From Planctomycetota bacterium (GTDB lineage Bacteria; Planctomycetota; JAJSAM01; JAJVHW01): DNA of 64,000 bases. This document shows, in pieces, positions 60,280-64,000 of the stretch. Each line of letters begins with the position of its first letter. Position 1 is the first letter of the stretch. The stretch lies in contig CBDFJG010000003.1 in NCBI GenBank assembly GCA_965248445.1, positions 64,001 to 128,000 of the forward strand, given 5' to 3'. The position numbers and the translations under genes were made by a program. A model generated the notes under the pieces. The model was given only the letters and a program-made list of their open reading frames with translations. It was not told the origin of the DNA and searched no databases.

Positions 60280-61107
60280 ATGGGCAACAGGCTGCTGAGT
60301 GTCGCGCTGGCGCTCCTGCTGTCGGTCCCGGTGCTGGGAGACGGCCTCATCGCGCCGTCCACCGGCGCCGTCAGCGTGCAGGGCGCGAACGACAACGCCG
60401 ACTGCGGCGGCATCAAGGGAACGTCCGGGCTGCTGCAGGACTGGACCAACACCGTCACGTCGTTCGCGATCGCATCGTTCGACGGCCGGAACGGAGCGCA
60501 GTGGCACGGCGAGGAGTTCCCCCTGTGCACGTCGACCCTGAAGTCAGAGAACGTGATCTTGACCCACAAATACGTCAAGGACTCTGACTCCCAAGCGTCC
60601 ATCACGGTGAATCTCTCGACGACCACCGACGACAAAGGTTCCGCATCACAGATGAACGCTGTCGATCCGCAATGGTGGTGGTCGCCGACCGCGATCGTGA
60701 CGGACACGAGACCAAGGGTCGTCATCACCAAGACAGACGACTCGACCTCCGAGCCTGGGTGGGCAACGCCCACCGACGAGTACGAACAGTACGATGCTCA
60801 CAGCGTGGGGACCAATGTCCCGGCGGGCAACCACCCACCTGGCCACCCGAACGCGGGTCAGCCGATCACTTCCGTCAACGCGGCGCATGGCGTCGCCTCG
60901 GTCGGTGGAGAGGGCGCGGATCCGTCGGACGCCACCAGCTTCGCGAATTCCACCTCCGAGTTCAGCACGTCCGGCGTGGCGTTCGTGACGATCACGTACA
61001 CGACGACGACCGCCGCAGCCTCGAGTTCCGACAACGCCAAGGTCGCGAACTGGAAGAAATGGGCAGCACGCTTTCGCGGGTCTCCCGACTCCGGCCGCCG
61101 AGGCTAA
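60280..61107 (+). CDS. Hypothetical secreted protein
   Basis: GAGGAGG RBS; signal peptide; Ser/Thr-rich. Confidence 0.7.
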   Translation: MGNRLLSVALALLLSVPVLGDGLIAPSTGAVSVQGANDNADCGGIKGTSGLLQDWTNTVTSFAIASFDGRNGAQWHGEEFPLCTSTLKSENVILTHKYVKDSDSQASITVNLSTTTDDKGSASQMNAVDPQWWWSPTAIVTDTRPRVVITKTDDSTSEPGWATPTDEYEQYDAHSVGTNVPAGNHPPGHPNAGQPITSVNAAHGVASVGGEGADPSDATSFANSTSEFSTSGVAFVTITYTTTTAAASSSDNAKVANWKKWAARFRGSPDSGRRG

Positions 61108-61182
61108 CACGGCCTCTGAGCAGCGCCTCAGAGCGAGGCAACGTCTCCAGCATGGCCCCCAACATGGCCCCAGCGTGTCGGC

Positions 61183-62139
61183 GTGAGCGGCAAGTCGAAG
61201 ATCGAATGGACGGACGCGACGTGGAACCCGCTCCGCGGCTGCACCAAGGTATCCGAGGGCTGCCGGAACTGCTACGCGATGCACGTCGCGGCGCGGTTCT
61301 CTGGTCCCGGTCAGCCGTACGAGGGGCTCGCGACGCGCGGCCCCGCGCGGTGGACGGGTGAGGTCCGGCTCATCGAGAAGCACCTGACGGACCCGCTGCG
61401 GTGGCGGAAGCCGCGCATGGTGTTCGTCAACTCGATGAGCGACCTGTTCCACCCCGCAGTGCCGGACGAGTGGATCGACCGCATCTTCGCGGTGATGGCG
61501 CTCTCGCCGCGGCACACGTTTCAGATCCTCACGAAGCGGCCGGAGCGGATGCAGAAGTACCTCACGCGCTGGCCGGACGGCGCGGGGCGTCGAGTCTACG
61601 TCTGGGCGGCGGCGGAGCGAATGCGCCCAGACACGGACCACGCGCCGCGTCCGGACGGCTGGCCCCTCCCAAACGTCTGGCTCGGCACGAGCGTCGAGGA
61701 CCAGGCGACGGCGGACGAGCGCATCCCGCTCCTCCTCGCGACGCCGGCAGCCGTTCGGTTCGTGTCGTACGAGCCGGCTCTTGGTCCCGTGTCGTTCCGG
61801 AGGTTCCTGTGGCCGGTGCACGGCTCGTGGAAGAGGCCGCACCGCTCTGAAGCCGAGGCCGACGCCGCTGGCGAGATCGTCGCGTGGAACCCGCAATGCC
61901 TCGTATCGGCGCACGCCGTCTTCCTCGATCAGATCATCGTCGGGGGCGAGAGCGGCCCGGGACACCGCCCGCTCGACGTGGCGTGGGTGCGCGCAGTCCT
62001 ACGTGATGTCGAGCGCGCAGCGTCGCCAGCGTACCGCTGCGCGGTATTCGTGAAGCAGGACTCCGGATCGAAGCCCGGCAAGCAAGGGCGGATCCCCGAC
62101 GAGCTCTGGATTAAGGAGTTCCCTGAGGTGCCCGCATGA
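61183..62139 (+). CDS. Phage Gp37/Gp68 (DUF5131) family protein
   Basis: KIEWTDATWNP..GCTKVSEGCRNCYA, FVNSMSDLFH, QILTKRP and VGGESG motifs. Confidence 0.92.
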   Translation: MSGKSKIEWTDATWNPLRGCTKVSEGCRNCYAMHVAARFSGPGQPYEGLATRGPARWTGEVRLIEKHLTDPLRWRKPRMVFVNSMSDLFHPAVPDEWIDRIFAVMALSPRHTFQILTKRPERMQKYLTRWPDGAGRRVYVWAAAERMRPDTDHAPRPDGWPLPNVWLGTSVEDQATADERIPLLLATPAAVRFVSYEPALGPVSFRRFLWPVHGSWKRPHRSEAEADAAGEIVAWNPQCLVSAHAVFLDQIIVGGESGPGHRPLDVAWVRAVLRDVERAASPAYRCAVFVKQDSGSKPGKQGRIPDELWIKEFPEVPA

Positions 62140-62609
62140 GCGCCGGCGCCCTGACACCCGAGCGGCTGCGGGAGATTGCCAATGGAGGCACGCGCTCCAA
62201 CGAGCCGCAGAACGACCCCTTCAACGACCGGGTGGACCTCGCCCGCGCCCTGCTGGAGGCGTGGGAGGGTCACGCATTCACGAAGACTTGGTACTCGTTG
62301 CGGTTCGACCGCCTCCGCGAGCTTGCCGTTGAGCACGACCTCTGGCCGGAAGTCGCCTGCATCTTCGCGAACGGCACGGAGAACGTGACTGAGCGCCCAC
62401 AGGGTCAGCGCATTCACGCCCTCCGCGCCCAGGTGGAGACGCTGACCGCTGCGCTGGGGCCGTTCGCGGAGATGCACGACCGGCACTACCACGACATCAC
62501 GGGCGCATGGGTCGTCCACATGGGCGACACGAGGGTGGGTGCGGACTGCGCCGTCATCTGCGTTCGTGACCTCCGCGCCGCCGCCCGCGCGCTGGAGACT
62601 CAGCCATGA
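62136..62609 (+). CDS. Hypothetical phage-like protein
   Basis: ATGA overlap with the previous gene; LTPERLREI N-terminus is typical of phage early ORFs. Confidence 0.65.
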   Translation: MSAGALTPERLREIANGGTRSNEPQNDPFNDRVDLARALLEAWEGHAFTKTWYSLRFDRLRELAVEHDLWPEVACIFANGTENVTERPQGQRIHALRAQVETLTAALGPFAEMHDRHYHDITGAWVVHMGDTRVGADCAVICVRDLRAAARALETQP

Positions 62610-63307
62610 CCGAGCAGCCGAGCGAGTGGGCGATCACGACCCTCATGCGGGCGATGCTCGATGTGGACGGACCCCCGTCGTACCGAGCACTTGACGACGA
62701 CGGGAAGGACCGGGAGGCGCGACGGCTATTCCTCCACCCGGTGAACGAGCGTCAGGGGCGTCGGTTCCATGCCGCCGCCCTCGCCCTCGACGCAGCGGAG
62801 GCCCGTGGCGCGGAGCGGGAGCGGGAGGCGCGGAAGATTGCCGTTCGCATCAAGGATCACGCGAACGCCCAACAGAAGGCGATGCGCGAGTCCTTGCGCT
62901 ACTGGAGGGAGCATGGCGTCGAAGCGTTCCAAGCCGACGCGCGACAGGTAGCCGAACGCTACCCCGACGACATGGAGATCGCCGGGCTGGTGGTCGTAGC
63001 CGACCAGGCGCTCGCAAGCATCGGCGGGATGCTCCGCGGCCGTGGGACGGGCAGCGAGGCGGGGAGAGGGGCCGGAGGTCATCCGTGCGGCTCGGATGAT
63101 GGCAGCGACGTGCGTTCGTCCTACCCCGAAGCTGCCCCCGCCACCCCGCAGCCGCCCGCGGGTCAGCGATGCACCAGCGAGCTCCGCGCCATCGGCCGAC
63201 GCATCGTCACCGAGGCGCAGACGGACACGACGCCCGGATCCCCGTTCGCCGCCCGTATCGAGGAGGCGGCGGTGCGCGTGCTGCGCGAGGAACTCACCCG
63301 TGGGTAA
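62606..63307 (+). CDS. Hypothetical phage-like protein
   Basis: ATGA overlap; AAEARGAEREREA segment. Confidence 0.6.
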   Translation: MTEQPSEWAITTLMRAMLDVDGPPSYRALDDDGKDREARRLFLHPVNERQGRRFHAAALALDAAEARGAEREREARKIAVRIKDHANAQQKAMRESLRYWREHGVEAFQADARQVAERYPDDMEIAGLVVVADQALASIGGMLRGRGTGSEAGRGAGGHPCGSDDGSDVRSSYPEAAPATPQPPAGQRCTSELRAIGRRIVTEAQTDTTPGSPFAARIEEAAVRVLREELTRG

Positions 63308-63548
63308 CCGCCGCGCAACCGCTCTGCGACCGCCGGCAGGGTTGCCACCCGGCACATGGTGGGAGTGCGACGTACACGGCTGGACCGAGCGCGCCGTCAC
63401 GCTTGAGGACGGCCGCGTCGCCTACCGCTACTGCGCCGAGGACGGCTGCACGCTGCAACTGACGCAGCTCCAGGGCGCGGGGCGGGACCTGGCGAAGCAG
63501 GGGAAGAAGGGCTGGAACACGATGTTGCCGGCGAGGAGGAAGTGGTGA
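63300..63548 (+). CDS. Small hypothetical protein, possible Zn ribbon
   Basis: GAGGA RBS before GTG 63300; CDVH...CAEDGC. Confidence 0.5.
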   Translation: MGNRRATALRPPAGLPPGTWWECDVHGWTERAVTLEDGRVAYRYCAEDGCTLQLTQLQGAGRDLAKQGKKGWNTMLPARRKW

Positions 63549-64000
63549 CCGTCCATCTACGCAACTGGCACCGCTACCAGAAGACCGGCATCGCGTCCGC
63601 GCTGCGTGGCCGCCGCAAGCGCGCCACCGCCGCCACCGCGAAGGGCCGTGAGCCCTCCCCGCTCGACGGGTCTCTCTCGCTGTCGTATGTGTCCGTCTCG
63701 GCAACGCTCGAGAGGGAGCGCCACCTCCTCGAGCGCCTCGGCGCGGGTCCCAACGCAGACGCCTGTCTGCTCCGCCTCTTCCAGTATGTCTGCCGGAGCG
63801 ACGCACTGCGGGGCGAGATTCACGTCCCCCGCGCGAGCTTCGGCCCCCGCGTCCTCGACGTGCCCGCTGCACGGGGCCGCAAGGTCTACGACGCGCTCCT
63901 GCACGAGGATGTCCAGGTGCTGGTCGAAGGGCCCGCCATCCTCCCGCCCTGGGTCGCTGCGCAACTGGTTCCCATCGCGGGTCAAGAACCAGTCGCGAAT
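63545..64000 (+). CDS. Hypothetical phage protein, partial (possible replication initiator N-terminus)
   Basis: GAGGAGG RBS and GTGA overlap; MTVHLRNWHRYQ; open to the window end; not in the ORF track. Confidence 0.5.
   Translation, partial: MTVHLRNWHRYQKTGIASALRGRRKRATAATAKGREPSPLDGSLSLSYVSVSATLERERHLLERLGAGPNADACLLRLFQYVCRSDALRGEIHVPRASFGPRVLDVPAARGRKVYDALLHEDVQVLVEGPAILPPWVAAQLVPIAGQEPVAN

Overview
High-GC Planctomycetota chromosomal window; the 16S carries the Pla46-type GGATTAGGCATGCAAGTC and AAGGGTTTGATC signatures. Left end: two GNAT (Acetyltransf_6-like) genes, a GH42-like lipoprotein and an unannotated 60-codon membrane ORF with an in-frame UGA in a CxxU motif (candidate selenoprotein, the best novelty lead). 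Next come an IS66-broken ASPIC/UnbV and mnmA junction, yajC-secDF and a LysM gene. The core holds the str/S10/spc/alpha ribosomal supercluster (no tuf, no rpmD, EF-G with a divergent domain IV), miaB-ribD, ndk, aspS, an Ig-like secreted protein, infC-rpmI-rplT-pheST, 6S RNA, an L,D-transpeptidase, nnrE, and a 16S-23S-5S operon whose tRNA-Ile/tRNA-Ala lie after the 5S instead of in the spacer. Three near-identical 1500-bp single-ORF IS66 copies, none with matching 8-bp target duplications, mark rearrangement breakpoints. There is also a second IS66 species and a 120-bp inverted transposase fragment. The right end is a prophage-like early-gene region. All calls come from reading the sequence and recalled motifs; no searches were run.
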